Shown piece after piece: positions 17,506 to 28,139 of a DNA stretch of 64,000 nt. This DNA is from an uncultured Alphaproteobacteria bacterium (lineage in GTDB: Bacteria > Pseudomonadota > Alphaproteobacteria > Bin95): contig CAXBDI010000004.1 in assembly GCA_963974445.1 (NCBI GenBank), positions 1,068 through 65,067 on the forward strand, written 5' to 3'. Position 1 is the first letter of the stretch; every line of letters begins with the position of its first letter. Both the position numbers and the translations under genes were made by a program. A model generated the notes under the pieces. The model was not told the DNA's origin, did not search any database, and saw only the letters and a list, made by a program, of their open reading frames with translations.

Positions 17506-19008
17506 TTAGGCCGGCGACGTTCGCTTCGCTACCCTAAACATAAGGATTAACGGCACGCTTGCCAAACAGGCAGCCGTATATAGGGCGAATGCGTTTAAAT
17601 AGCCCAGCATGCTGGCCTGGCGCAAGATCTCCCCAGATATTCCTGCCACGCCACGCATAGTGTCCAAGGTCATGCCTGCCGCATCCAGATTTTCGTTGAA
17701 GGGCGACGCGTACTCCCGCATGCGCGAGTAGTTCTCGCCGCGGCTGCGGATCACGGTCGCAACCGACAACGAAATAAAGATGCTGGACCCCAAATTGCGC
17801 AGCAAATGGAAGATCGCGGACGACTCCGCCAGATAGGCGGGATTGAGCGTGGAGAACGAGGCGACGGTCAACGGTACCCAGAACAAGCCGACCGCCATGC
17901 CCTGCAACGCACCGACAAAGGCGACCGTCGCAAACGGCACGTTGTGGTCGAAGGTCATCATAATAAGGCCGCTCAACGCCTGGATTCCCACACCGATGCC
18001 CATGCCGATGCGCGGGTCGACCCGCGCGATAAACATCGCCGAGAAAAAACCCGCCAGCGCGCCGATACCGCGGGCGCCCAGCAACTCGCCGATGACCGAG
18101 TTTGGATAGCCCATCAGGCCCTGCAACATCGGTGGAAACAGCACCATCGGCGTGAAATTCAACATGCCATAGATGAAGACCGTCATCAGCCCCAGCGCGT
18201 AGTTGCGGTTCAGCAGCAGGCTGGGCGTCAGGAACGGTTTGGCCGTCGTCAGCGAATGGACGATGAACACGTACAGCGCCAGCGCGCCCAGCGATGCCTC
18301 GATCACAATCTCCAGACTGTCGAACCAGTCCTGGCGCTGGCCGCGGTCCAGCATCAACTGGACGGAGGCAATTGCAACAGCCAGGGCGAGAAACCCGGTC
18401 CAATCCAGCTTGACGTTCGACTGGCGGCCCTTGTCCGACAATAGAAAATAAAGGCCGATGACCGCTGCTATTCCCACCGGCACGATCATGTAAAAGGCAT
18501 AACGCCACGAGTAAACGTCCGCCAGATAGCCACCCAGGATCGGGCCAAGCACCGGGCCGATGACCACACCCATGCCGAAGATCGACGTCGCCTGGCCGTG
18601 CTGCTCCTTCGGGTAGGTATCCAGGATGGTCGCCTGCGCCAGCGGAATCAGCGGCGCGCCCAATGCGCCTTGCAGCACCCGATACAGCACCAAAGTTTCC
18701 AGGGATTCCGCCATACCGCACAGCAACGTCGCGGCCGTGAACCCTGCCTGGCAATAGATCATCACATTGCGCCGGCCAAACCGGGCCGTCAGCCAGCCGG
18801 TCATCGGTGTCATGATTGCCGTGGCCAGGATATTGAACGTCATCACCCAGGCGATCTGGTCTTGGGTGGCGGACAGCGAGCCCTGCATCTGCGGCAGGAT
18901 CACGGAGACAACCAGCACCGTCGTCCCATAGAGCGTGGTCGCCATCGTGACCACGCCCAGTACCATGGCCCGCTTTAGCGGTGTGTCGGCAACGATCCCA
19001 CCGGCCAC
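17506..19008 (-). CDS. MFS transporter, DHA2 (EmrB-like) multidrug efflux family.
   Basis: 500 aa with 14 TMS. A long ORF in another frame (17534..19372, minus) is a GC-frame artefact. Confidence 0.8.
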   Translation of the reverse strand: MAGGIVADTPLKRAMVLGVVTMATTLYGTTVLVVSVILPQMQGSLSATQDQIAWVMTFNILATAIMTPMTGWLTARFGRRNVMIYCQAGFTAATLLCGMAESLETLVLYRVLQGALGAPLIPLAQATILDTYPKEQHGQATSIFGMGVVIGPVLGPILGGYLADVYSWRYAFYMIVPVGIAAVIGLYFLLSDKGRQSNVKLDWTGFLALAVAIASVQLMLDRGQRQDWFDSLEIVIEASLGALALYVFIVHSLTTAKPFLTPSLLLNRNYALGLMTVFIYGMLNFTPMVLFPPMLQGLMGYPNSVIGELLGARGIGALAGFFSAMFIARVDPRIGMGIGVGIQALSGLIMMTFDHNVPFATVAFVGALQGMAVGLFWVPLTVASFSTLNPAYLAESSAIFHLLRNLGSSIFISLSVATVIRSRGENYSRMREYASPFNENLDAAGMTLDTMRGVAGISGEILRQASMLGYLNAFALYTAACLASVPLILMFRVAKRTSPA

Positions 19009-19020
19009 AACGCCGCCGAT

Positions 19021-19746
19021 CTAGCCGTAGGCGCGGGCGACTTGCCCATGCATGGTGCACGCCGCTTCCGCAAGGGAGACGAACACTGGCGCGACGGCTT
19101 CCGGCGGCCGCACCGTTTCCGGGTCCTCGCCCGGAAATGCCTGCTCGCGCATGGCGGTCCGCACGGTGCCCGGGTCCAGCAGGTTGGCGCGGATGGAAGT
19201 TTTCACAACCTCTTTCGCATAGCTGGACACCAGGGTCTCCAGCGCCGCCTTGCTGGCGGCATAGGCGGCCCAATAGGCGAACGCATCCATGGCGGCGGCG
19301 CTGGTCACCATAATGACACGGCCAGCCTCGGAGAGGCGCAAACCTGGATCGAAGGCGCGCAGCAGCCGCCAATTGGCGGTCACGTTCAGGTCCATCGCCG
19401 CCTGCCAGTCCTTCGGACTCAGGTGGCCGACCGGTGTCAGCGGCGGCAGCACGCCGGCATTGCCGACCAGTATGTCCAAGCGGCCGAAACGCCCGGCAAC
19501 AGCCGCCGCCATGCGATCGATCTCGTCGAATTGGGTGAGGTCGAGCGGCACCAGAGTCGCCTCGCCACCGGCAGCGCGCACCCGGTCGTCGGTTTCCTCC
19601 AGCCCGCCTTGGGTACGCGCGACCAGGATCAGGTGGGCGCCCTCAGCCGCAAACCGCTCCGCCACCGCCGCGCCCAGCCCTCGCGACGCGCCGGTGATCA
19701 GGGCGATACGTCCGGCGAGTCGTCCCTCAGACTTCTGCATCATCAT
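19021..19746 (-). CDS. SDR-family oxidoreductase.
   Basis: TGASRGLG cofactor motif, NAG motif and the Y-x3-K region (…YAASKAALE…). The start is set at MMMQ (GGAG upstream) rather than the longer track ORF. Confidence 0.75.
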   Translation of the reverse strand: MMMQKSEGRLAGRIALITGASRGLGAAVAERFAAEGAHLILVARTQGGLEETDDRVRAAGGEATLVPLDLTQFDEIDRMAAAVAGRFGRLDILVGNAGVLPPLTPVGHLSPKDWQAAMDLNVTANWRLLRAFDPGLRLSEAGRVIMVTSAAAMDAFAYWAAYAASKAALETLVSSYAKEVVKTSIRANLLDPGTVRTAMREQAFPGEDPETVRPPEAVAPVFVSLAEAACTMHGQVARAYG

Positions 19747-19754
19747 CGCTCCGG

Positions 19755-21230
19755 TTACACCAATTCGGGCCGCTCGCGCTTGCCGGCCGCGCCGTGGTCG
19801 CGGTCCAGCAGGCGCACCGGATAGTCGCCGGTAAAGCAGGCATCGCAATAGAAGGGGGCCGCCTTGTCTCTGCGCTCCTGCCCCATGGCCCGGTACAGAC
19901 CGTCGATGGAGATGAAGGCCAGGCTATCGACGCCGATTTCCTTGGCGATGCCCTCCGGATCGAGGCGGGCGGCAATCAACTCATCCCGCTCCGGCGTGTC
20001 GATGCCGTAGTAGCAAGGGTGCGCGATCGGCGGCGAAGAGATGCGCATGTGGATTTCCCGGGCCCCGGCGCTCCGCATCATCTCGATGATCTTGCGGCTG
20101 GTGGTGCCGCGGACGATGCTGTCGTCGACCAGCACGATCCGCTTGCCCTCGACCATGGCCCGGTTCGGATTGTGCTTCAGCTTAACGCCCAAATGGCGGA
20201 TTTGCGCCGTCGGCTCGATAAACGTGCGCCCGACATAGTGGTTGCGGATGATGCCGTATTCGAACGGCACGCCGGCCGCCGCAGCATAGCCGATGGCGGC
20301 AGGCACTCCGGAATCCGGCACCGGCACCACGACGTCAACGCCACCCGGCGGATGCGATTCCCGCGATAACTCCGCACCGATGCGTTTGCGGGCTTCGTAA
20401 ACGCTCGTGCCCTCCATCAGGCTGTCGGGTCTGGCGAAATAGATAAACTCGAACACGCAGAACCGGCTCGGTTTCTTCGGGAATGGAAAGTGCGAGTGCA
20501 GGCCCTCGGCGTCGATGACCACCAGTTCGCCCGGCGCCACGTCGCGCACGTATTCTGCGCCGATAATGTCGAAGGCACAGGTCTCCGAAGCCAAAATATG
20601 TGCGTCCCCCAGCCGGCCCAGCACCAGCGGGCGAATGCCCAGCGGGTCGCGCACACCGATCAGCTTTTTCTGCGACAACGCGACCAGACTGTAAGCGCCC
20701 TCCACCTGGTGCAAGGCGTCGATCAGGCGATCCACTAGAGATTCCCGTACACTGCGCGCGATCAGGTGAACGATCACTTCGGTATCGGTGGTGGACTGGA
20801 ACAGCGACCCGCCGGACAGCAGCTTTTGATGCAGCGCGCGGGCGTTGGTGAGGTTGCCGTTGTGGGCGATGGCGAACCCGCCGAAGGCGAACTCAGCGAA
20901 CAGCGGTTGAATATTGTGGACAGCGCCCTCGCCCGTCGTCGCATAGCGGTTGTGGCCGATGGCGGCATAACCGAGCAGCCGGGAAATGACATCTTCCTTG
21001 TTCAGCACATCGCCGACCTCGCCGACGCCGCGTTGGGCATGAAAACGCTTGCCGTCGAAGCTGACAATGCCCGTCGCCTCCTGCCCGCGGTGCTGCAGCG
21101 CGTGCAGCCCGAGCGTGGTGTGCGCCGCCGCCTCCTCCGCACCATAAATGCCGAACACCGCGCATTCTTCGCGCGGGCCTTCCTCGTCGATCTGGCAGAT
21201 TGTCGTTGCAGCCGCTGGGTTTAAGGGCAT
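19755..21230 (-). CDS. purF: Amidophosphoribosyltransferase (glutamine PRPP amidotransferase) with an N-terminal propeptide.
   Basis: Ntn Cys in …REECAVFGIYG…, and a PRTase motif (…VLVDDSIVRGTTS…). The start is chosen at MPLNP (GAGGA 4 nt upstream). The track ORF overlaps cvpA, so its upstream part is spurious. Confidence 0.85.
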   Translation of the reverse strand: MPLNPAAATTICQIDEEGPREECAVFGIYGAEEAAAHTTLGLHALQHRGQEATGIVSFDGKRFHAQRGVGEVGDVLNKEDVISRLLGYAAIGHNRYATTGEGAVHNIQPLFAEFAFGGFAIAHNGNLTNARALHQKLLSGGSLFQSTTDTEVIVHLIARSVRESLVDRLIDALHQVEGAYSLVALSQKKLIGVRDPLGIRPLVLGRLGDAHILASETCAFDIIGAEYVRDVAPGELVVIDAEGLHSHFPFPKKPSRFCVFEFIYFARPDSLMEGTSVYEARKRIGAELSRESHPPGGVDVVVPVPDSGVPAAIGYAAAAGVPFEYGIIRNHYVGRTFIEPTAQIRHLGVKLKHNPNRAMVEGKRIVLVDDSIVRGTTSRKIIEMMRSAGAREIHMRISSPPIAHPCYYGIDTPERDELIAARLDPEGIAKEIGVDSLAFISIDGLYRAMGQERRDKAAPFYCDACFTGDYPVRLLDRDHGAAGKRERPELV

Positions 21231-21255
21231 TGGGTCCTCGGCCATTGCGTCAGGC

Positions 21256-21951
21256 TTATTGCCTCGTCGCGTCATCGCCAGTCTCCTGTGCAGCGCGAAG
21301 CAGTCTGTCGAGGCCGCGCCGTGCATCAGCGTTATAGCCGGGATCGCCACCGCCTGCACGGTTTTCCGGAACCGACGGCGCCGGCGCGTTGAATCCCTGC
21401 CGCAGCCGGTCCATTTCGGAACGCAGCCGATCCTCCGCCGCTTCCTCCGACTTGGTTCTCCAACCTTGCGGCAATTGCTTTTCCAACTCGCGTGCAGCTT
21501 CCCGCAGCATCGGCGTCACCTTGGCGCGATCCAGCCATTGCGGTTGCTCGTCCTGCGGCACAAACCAGGCAAATGCCATATAGGCGACGACCAACAACAG
21601 GATGCCGCGCAGAATGCCGAACAGAAAACCCGCAGCACGGTCGATGGCGTTGTGCTCGGAACCGGCAATCGCCTCGGCAATCGCGCCGCTGACCAGGCGC
21701 AGCGCGATGAACGAGACGAAGAACACCCCTACCCCCGCCGCCAGATCCGCCGCCAACTGCGTCTCGATATGCTGGCGCACGAACGTGCTGGCCTGCGGGT
21801 AGAAGTACGCGGTGGCCACCACCGCGCCGATCCACGTCGCCAGCGAAAACAGCTCGCGCACGAAACCGCGCAGATAGGCGATCCATGCCGACAGCAGCAC
21901 CACCGCCGCGGCGATGCCGTCCAGCACATAAAAATCGTTCAGGTCCGGCAT
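21256..21951 (-). CDS. cvpA: CvpA-family inner-membrane protein (colicin V production protein).
   Basis: 231 aa with an N-terminal TM bundle (…GIAAAVVLLSAWIAYLRGFVRELFSLATWIGAVV…). It is in the classic cvpA-purF arrangement. Confidence 0.8.
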   Translation of the reverse strand: MPDLNDFYVLDGIAAAVVLLSAWIAYLRGFVRELFSLATWIGAVVATAYFYPQASTFVRQHIETQLAADLAAGVGVFFVSFIALRLVSGAIAEAIAGSEHNAIDRAAGFLFGILRGILLLVVAYMAFAWFVPQDEQPQWLDRAKVTPMLREAARELEKQLPQGWRTKSEEAAEDRLRSEMDRLRQGFNAPAPSVPENRAGGGDPGYNADARRGLDRLLRAAQETGDDATRQ

Positions 21952-21957
21952 GGGTCG

Positions 21958-23349
21958 TTAGCCACCTTCGCGCAACCATTCGGTAAGGTCGGATAGACGG
22001 GGGATACGGACCGACGCAAGCGCGCCATGGGCCGCATCCGTTCGCGCTCCATTGCCTGGCGCGAGAGCGGCCAACGCCCGGCCAAAGCCCAGACGCTCCG
22101 CCTCGCGCAATCGCGCTGCCTCCTGCCCGACAGGCCGCAGTTCGCCGGAAAGGCCGACCTCGCCGAACAGCACGACATCGCGCGGCACCGGCTTGTCGAT
22201 CAGTGCGGAGACCAGCGCCGCCGCCGCCGCCAGGTCCGCTGCGGGCTCCGCCAACCGCAACCCGCCGGCAACATTTAGGAAGACATCGCGCCCTTGAAAG
22301 TCGTAGAGGCAGCGGCTTTCCAGCACAGCGATCACCATGGCCAGCCTGGCCGAGTCCCACCCGACCGCGGTCCGTCTGGGCGTCGCATAGCCTGGCTGGC
22401 CGACCAGCGCCTGAATTTCCACCAGCAGCGGCCGCGTGCCCTCGATACCGGCGAACACGGCGGAGCCGCTGAGCGCCGGACCATCGGCATCGCGCGCACC
22501 CAGAAACATGGCGGATGGGTTCGGCACTTCGGACAGACCCAGCCCGGTCATCTCAAACACGCCGATCTCATCGGTCGGGCCGAAGCGATTCTTGACAGCG
22601 CGCAGGATGCGGTACTGGTGGCTGCGGTCGCCCTCGAAATAGAGGACAGTATCCACCAGATGCTCCAGCACGCGCGGGCCGGCGATGGAGCCGTCCTTGG
22701 TCACGTGGCCGACCAGCACGACCGGCACGTTCTGTTTCTTGGCCGCCTGATTGAGTTCGTGGCCGGCGGCTTTCACCTGGCTGACGGTGCCGGGGGCGGA
22801 CTCGATGGTCTCCACCGCCATGGTCTGGATCGAATCGATCACCACCAACGCGTAATCCGAAGATATGCTGCTGCAGATCGTGCCGACGGCTGTCGCCGAG
22901 GCCAGATCGACGCCAGCGTCGCCAAGGCCAAGGCGCGCGGCGCGCATCCGCACCTGACCCACGCCCTCCTCGCCAGAGACGTAGAGCACTCGTTTGCCGC
23001 TAGCGCTCGCCGCTCTCGCCGCCACCTGCAGCAACAAGGTCGACTTGCCGATGCCCGGGTCGCCGCCGATCAGCAAGCAGCCGCCGGGCACCAGCCCGCC
23101 GCCGCAGACGTGGTCGAACTCTTTAATGCCGGTTTTCAGGCGCGGCAGTGGCTTGTCCTGGCCGGAGAGCGCCACCACGTCCAACCGGCCGGTCAGGGTT
23201 CGCGGCCCACTGGATGAGGCCGCCTGGATCACCGGCTCCTCGGCAATGGTGTTCCACTCGCCGCAGCCGCTGCATTGCCCCGACCAGCGGCCATGGGTGG
23301 TGCCGCAGGACTGACAGACAAAGACAGCGCGGGTTTTGGCCTTGGCCAT
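21958..23349 (-). CDS. radA: DNA repair protein RadA/Sms.
   Basis: N-terminal C4 zinc ribbon (CQSCGTTHGRWSGQCSGCGEWNT), a RecA-like Walker A (GGDPGIGKSTLLLQ), the KNRFG motif and a C-terminal Lon-like domain. The start is at MAKAKT. Confidence 0.9.
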   Translation of the reverse strand: MAKAKTRAVFVCQSCGTTHGRWSGQCSGCGEWNTIAEEPVIQAASSSGPRTLTGRLDVVALSGQDKPLPRLKTGIKEFDHVCGGGLVPGGCLLIGGDPGIGKSTLLLQVAARAASASGKRVLYVSGEEGVGQVRMRAARLGLGDAGVDLASATAVGTICSSISSDYALVVIDSIQTMAVETIESAPGTVSQVKAAGHELNQAAKKQNVPVVLVGHVTKDGSIAGPRVLEHLVDTVLYFEGDRSHQYRILRAVKNRFGPTDEIGVFEMTGLGLSEVPNPSAMFLGARDADGPALSGSAVFAGIEGTRPLLVEIQALVGQPGYATPRRTAVGWDSARLAMVIAVLESRCLYDFQGRDVFLNVAGGLRLAEPAADLAAAAALVSALIDKPVPRDVVLFGEVGLSGELRPVGQEAARLREAERLGFGRALAALAPGNGARTDAAHGALASVRIPRLSDLTEWLREGG

Positions 23350-23356
23350 ACTATTC

Positions 23357-24121
23357 CTAATCGCTCGGCAATGCCGGCACCGGGATGGGGCCTTCCAGCC
23401 GGCCATGCACGAATTGATCGACCACCGGGTCGCCGCTCTCCATCAACTCGCCAATCGGCCCGCTCCAGGCGATTTCGCCCTCATATAGCATGGCCGCATG
23501 GTCGCCGATCCGGCGCGCTGACGCGATGTCGTGGGTAATCGTCACCGCCGTCGCGCCGATATCGTCGATGGTCGAGCGGATCAGCGCGTCGATCTGCCGG
23601 CCGACCAGAGCGTCCAGCCCGGTGGTAGGCTCGTCGAACAGCAGCACGTCTGGCTCCGCCGCAATGGCGCGGGCGAGGGCGATGCGCTTTTGCGCGCCGG
23701 TCGATAGCTCCCCCGGCAAGACGCCGGCAATGTGTTCGTCGAGGCCGACGCGCTCCAGCCAGCCGGCCGCGGTCTTGCGCGCCTCGCGCCGCGACACCTG
23801 GCCGAAGCGCAGGCTGGCGAACATCACGTTTTCCCACACCGGCAGGCTGTCGAGCAGGGCTGCGTGCTGAAACAATACGCCGAAGCGTTTGTTTATATCC
23901 GCCCGCGCCTGCCCCTCCAGCCCGATCAGGTCGTCGCCCTCCAGCGTGATGGTCCCGGCATCGGGCGCAATAAAGCCCATGATGCATTTCAGCGTCACCG
24001 ACTTGCCCGAGCCCGACCCGCCCAAGATCACCAGCGAGTCGCCGCGCGCCACCTCCAGATCGACGCCACGCAAAACATGATTGCTGCCAAAGCTTTTGGT
24101 GAGGCCCTTAATGCTCAACAT
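23357..24121 (-). CDS. mlaF: ABC transporter ATP-binding protein, MlaF-like.
   Basis: Walker A GGSGSGKS, signature LSTGAQKRIALARA and Walker B LLFDEPT. Confidence 0.75.
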   Translation of the reverse strand: MLSIKGLTKSFGSNHVLRGVDLEVARGDSLVILGGSGSGKSVTLKCIMGFIAPDAGTITLEGDDLIGLEGQARADINKRFGVLFQHAALLDSLPVWENVMFASLRFGQVSRREARKTAAGWLERVGLDEHIAGVLPGELSTGAQKRIALARAIAAEPDVLLFDEPTTGLDALVGRQIDALIRSTIDDIGATAVTITHDIASARRIGDHAAMLYEGEIAWSGPIGELMESGDPVVDQFVHGRLEGPIPVPALPSD

Positions 24122-24140
24122 AAGTTGACTAACATTAGCA

Positions 24141-24917
24141 TCAGTTCGAGAAAAACAGCTCTGTCACGAAGTAGTTCGCGATCAGGATCAGGATGGCGGA
24201 CGAGACCACCGCCTGCGTCGTCGCCCGCCCAACGCCTTGCGCGCCGCCGGTGGAGCGATAGCCGTGGTAACAGCCCATCAGGGTGACGATGAAACCGTAG
24301 ACCGCGGCCTTGGTCAGGCCGCTGGCCACGTCCTCTGTCTCCAGCACGTCCCAGGTCTGGCGCAGGTAGGTGGCGGAGTTGAAGCCCAGCTTGTAGACGC
24401 CGACGATATAGCCGCCCATCACGCCGATAATGCTGCCAACCGCGACCAGGAAGGGCATCATGAAGATGCCGGCGACCAAGCGCGGCGCCACCAGATAGCT
24501 GAAGGGGTTGGTCGAAAGCGCCTCCAGCGCGTCGATCTGCTCGGTCACGCGCATGGTGCCGATCTCGGCGGCCATCGCCGCACCGATCCGCCCGGCGACC
24601 ATCAGGCCCGCCAGCACCGGCGCCAGCTCCCGGACGATGGACAGCACGACCACCATGGCCACCGCCCCCTCCGCCGAGAAGCGGCTGAAGCCGGAATAGC
24701 TTTGCAACGCCAGCACCATGCCGCTGAACAGAGTCGTCAGCGTGACGACCGGCAGCGACAGATAGCCGATGTCGATAAAGTGGCGGGCATAGTTGCGCCA
24801 GAAGAACGGCGGCCGCACCACGTGCGAAAGCCCGGTGGCGGCGAATACTAAGACACTGCCGATGGTCTGGAAAAAATCCAGGACGAATCGGCCAACGAGG
24901 GCAAACGGATTGATCAC
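24141..24917 (-). CDS. mlaE: ABC transporter permease, MlaE family.
   Basis: 258 aa, polytopic, with MlaE-like conserved stretches (…RELAPVLAGLMVAGRIGAAMAAEIGTMRVTEQIDALE…). Confidence 0.75.
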   Translation of the reverse strand: MINPFALVGRFVLDFFQTIGSVLVFAATGLSHVVRPPFFWRNYARHFIDIGYLSLPVVTLTTLFSGMVLALQSYSGFSRFSAEGAVAMVVVLSIVRELAPVLAGLMVAGRIGAAMAAEIGTMRVTEQIDALEALSTNPFSYLVAPRLVAGIFMMPFLVAVGSIIGVMGGYIVGVYKLGFNSATYLRQTWDVLETEDVASGLTKAAVYGFIVTLMGCYHGYRSTGGAQGVGRATTQAVVSSAILILIANYFVTELFFSN

Positions 24918-26006
24918 CTAGCCGGTCCTCGCTGCGGCATGCGCAGGCAAATACGTGCGGGCATAGCGCTGCCCGAGGCTTGTGAGGATTTCATAGCCGA
25001 TGGTGCCGGCCATGTCTGCCAGTGTGTCGGCGGACTGGTTGGGGCCGATGATCTCAGCCCAGTCGCCAGGCTTTGGCCGGCGGGCCAGGTGCGAGGCGTC
25101 GATGACGATGGAATCCATTGACACCCTGCCGGCGACAGGGGCCGCCTCGCCGTCAAAGTAAACCTCGCCGCGATTCGAGAGCGTCCGGTGCAGCCCGTCG
25201 GCGTAGCCGAGGCCGACCGTCGCCAGCACCTGCCCCTGCTTGGCTGCAGCGGACGCGCCATAGCCGACGGTTCCCGCCGCCGAAACCTGCCGCACCTGCA
25301 ACACCTGCACCTCCAGCGTGATCACCCGCCGCATCGGGTTGGCGGCGTAAGGTGTCGGGTTCAGGCCGTAGAGCGCCATGCCAGGCCGCACCAGATCGCC
25401 GCGAAACGCCTCACCCAGGAAAATCCCGCTGGAATTGCCGAGGCTGAGCGGCAGCCTGGCCGCCGTCGCCGCTTGCATCGCCATATCCCGCTGCGTACGG
25501 TTCAGCGGATGGTCGCGCTCGTCGGCGCAGGCGTAGTGGCTCATCAGGCCAGCGATGCCATACGCTTTCCAGTCCGGTTGTTTAGCGACGAGGTCTTGCC
25601 AGTCGGTCGCGGACAAGCCCAGCCGGTTCATGCCGGTATCCAGATGCAGCCAGGCCGGATGCGGAGCGCCCTGAGCCCGCCATGCCTCGACCGCGGCCAG
25701 GTGATTGAGGACCGGTGTCAGGCGATGCGCGATCAACTCGTCCACATGCGGCTCCACCTGCTCGCTGAGCACGATGATTGCCACATCGGGCAGGTACGCC
25801 CGCAAAGCTACGCCCTCTGCCAAGGAGGCGACGAAGAACGTTTCACACCCGGCGGCGTTGAGCGCCTGGGCGACGGGCGTCATCCCCAAGCCATAGGCAT
25901 CGGCCTTGACCACCGCCGCCGTCTCGGCCGGCGACGCCAAGGCGGCCAACTGTTGCCAATTGGCGACGACCGCGGCCAGGTCAATGGTCAGCCGGCCTAA
26001 CCCCAT
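24918..26006 (-). CDS. alr: Alanine racemase.
   Basis: PLP-Lys motif AVVKADAYGLG and a C-terminal β-domain (…GRVSMDS…). It lies next to dnaB, as in many proteobacteria. Confidence 0.85.
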   Translation of the reverse strand: MGLGRLTIDLAAVVANWQQLAALASPAETAAVVKADAYGLGMTPVAQALNAAGCETFFVASLAEGVALRAYLPDVAIIVLSEQVEPHVDELIAHRLTPVLNHLAAVEAWRAQGAPHPAWLHLDTGMNRLGLSATDWQDLVAKQPDWKAYGIAGLMSHYACADERDHPLNRTQRDMAMQAATAARLPLSLGNSSGIFLGEAFRGDLVRPGMALYGLNPTPYAANPMRRVITLEVQVLQVRQVSAAGTVGYGASAAAKQGQVLATVGLGYADGLHRTLSNRGEVYFDGEAAPVAGRVSMDSIVIDASHLARRPKPGDWAEIIGPNQSADTLADMAGTIGYEILTSLGQRYARTYLPAHAAARTG

Positions 26007-26009
26007 GAG

Positions 26010-27521
26010 TTAGTAGAACCCATCGTCCTCGCCACTGTCGGAGACGTAGTCGCGGAAGCGGGTGAACTCGCCGTCGAAGAACATCTTGACCCGGTCGGTC
26101 GGGCCGTGCCGTTGCTTGGCGATGATCACTTCGGCAAGGTTGTGGACGCGGTCCATATCCTGCTGCCACTTGTCGTAGGCCTCGGTGCCCGGGTCGGGCT
26201 CCTTGCGGCTCAGATAGTAGTCCTCGCGGTAGATGAACATGACCACATCGGCGTCCTGTTCAATCGAGCCGGATTCCCGCAGGTCGGCGAGTAGCGGTCG
26301 TTTATCCTCCCGTTGCTCCACCTGCCGCGAAAGCTGCGATAGCGCGATCACCGGAACGTCGAGTTCTTTGGCGATGGATTTCAGGCCCCGGGTAATCTCC
26401 GATACCTCCTGCACCCGCCCGTCGGAGCGGGAGCTGGCCGTGCCTTGCATGAGTTGCAGGTAATCGACGACGATTAGGTCCAGCGCGCCATGGGTTCGCA
26501 TCAACCGGCGGGCGCGGGTGCGCAGGTTGGCGACCGTGATCGCCGGCGTGTCGTCCAGGAACAGCGACAGCGAGTTCAGCCGCTGGCTCGCCTCGAACAC
26601 CGCCTCGAACTGGGCTTGATTGATGGCGCCGCGGCGGATGGCGTCGGAGGGCACGCCGGATTGCTCGCCCAGAATACGCAAGGCCAGCTGCTCCGACGAC
26701 ATCTCCAGCGAGAAAAAGGCAACGTTGTGCCCATCCCGCTCGATCAGTGTGCCGGCCTCATCGCGCTCGGCGCTGGAGGATGCCGCAGCGTTGAAGGCGA
26801 TGTTGGTCGCCAACGCCGACTTGCCCATGGCCGGACGCGCCGCCAGGATCAGCAGGTCGGACTTCTGCAACCCGCCCAACAGCCGGTCCAAATCCTTAAA
26901 CCCGCTGGTGATGCCGGTCAGCCGCCCTTCGCGCTGATAGGCGGCCTCCACCATCTTCAGCGTGTCTTTCAGCGTGCTGCTGAAGGGGCGGAAGTCGCCG
27001 CTGCCATTGCCGGTGGCGGCCAGGTTGAACAGGTGCTGCTCCGCCGCCTCGATCTGCTCGACCGCGTCTTGTTCGTTGTCAGGCCGGAAGGCGTCGTTGA
27101 CCACGTCCTCGCCCAACGCGATCAGCGAGCGGCGCAGATGCAGATCGTAGATCAGTTGGCCATAGTGCTTGGGATCGATGATCGTCAGCGCGTTCGCCGC
27201 CAGTTCCGCCAGATACTGCACGCCGCCCAGTTCCGTCAGGCTCTCCTCCTGGCCAAGCACGTGCTTCAGCGTGCGGGCGTCGGCGGTGCCGCCGCTCTCA
27301 ACCACCCGCTTCAGGGCTGCATAGATTTTCTGGTGAGCAGGATCGGCAAAATGCTCCGACAGCAGAAAGTCGCCGACCTTGTCGAAGGCGTTGTTATTGG
27401 CCAGCAACGTGCCGAGCAGCGCCATCTCCGCATCGAGATTGGCGGGCGGCTCCCGGCTGGGCGTGGCGAACGAACCGGCGATGGGCAGGGACAGAGGCGA
27501 TGCAATATTCATGCGGCGCAC
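26010..27521 (-). CDS. dnaB: Replicative DNA helicase DnaB.
   Basis: Walker A …ILAARPAMGKSALATNIA…, the LFLDDTP and DLIVVDYLQLM motifs, and an N-terminal DnaG-interaction domain. Confidence 0.9.
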   Translation of the reverse strand: MRRMNIASPLSLPIAGSFATPSREPPANLDAEMALLGTLLANNNAFDKVGDFLLSEHFADPAHQKIYAALKRVVESGGTADARTLKHVLGQEESLTELGGVQYLAELAANALTIIDPKHYGQLIYDLHLRRSLIALGEDVVNDAFRPDNEQDAVEQIEAAEQHLFNLAATGNGSGDFRPFSSTLKDTLKMVEAAYQREGRLTGITSGFKDLDRLLGGLQKSDLLILAARPAMGKSALATNIAFNAAASSSAERDEAGTLIERDGHNVAFFSLEMSSEQLALRILGEQSGVPSDAIRRGAINQAQFEAVFEASQRLNSLSLFLDDTPAITVANLRTRARRLMRTHGALDLIVVDYLQLMQGTASSRSDGRVQEVSEITRGLKSIAKELDVPVIALSQLSRQVEQREDKRPLLADLRESGSIEQDADVVMFIYREDYYLSRKEPDPGTEAYDKWQQDMDRVHNLAEVIIAKQRHGPTDRVKMFFDGEFTRFRDYVSDSGEDDGFY

Positions 27522-27611
27522 CCTATCCGATTCGATGCTGCTCCGTTAGCGAGTCGCGAGGTCCACGGTCATGAAATCACGTGAATCAGGTGCACAACTC
27601 GCCGGTAAAAC

Positions 27612-27989
27612 CTAGGCAGTCATCCGGTCCAACGCGGATTGCAACCGCTGGCCCAGATCGTCGCCCGCCTGCTGCTTGACGATGTCGGCAAGAGCCCGGT
27701 CGAAGCCGGACAGCTTTTCGTGACCCAACAATGCGTTCAGCCCATGCACGCCGGATGCGGGCGTGCCGCTCAGCAGACCGCTCGCCTCGCCCATTAAACC
27801 GCGACCGCCGCCGCCGCTGCCGGCAGCCTCGACATCGCCCAAGCCGTCGATCTTGTTCTCCAGTTCGCTGGCCAAGTGCCCTTCATTGCTCTCATGCAAT
27901 GCTTGCATCACCATCGCTACCGTCTGGCGCGCCAGGGCGTGATCGATATGGAAGCGTTTCGCGAGGCTGTCGACCAGGTCGTCGAGCAT
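27612..27989 (-). CDS. Hypothetical protein, Gly-rich (YidB/DUF937-like).
   Basis: About 125 aa from MLDDLV with a central Gly-rich segment (…AAGSGGGGRGLMGEASGLLSG…). Family assignment is weak. Confidence 0.4.
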   Translation of the reverse strand: MLDDLVDSLAKRFHIDHALARQTVAMVMQALHESNEGHLASELENKIDGLGDVEAAGSGGGGRGLMGEASGLLSGTPASGVHGLNALLGHEKLSGFDRALADIVKQQAGDDLGQRLQSALDRMTA

Positions 27990-28139
27990 GGCCGCATATC
28001 TCCTATGAGCTAAAATTACGGGGCCGCATCGCGCCACCAGCGTGATAGTAAAGCGAACCCGCTACGCCGCCGCCTTGACACAGGTCATCCGGGGATGGCT
28101 TCTGCATTATAATGCCAAAAATATCGGAGACACTCACCA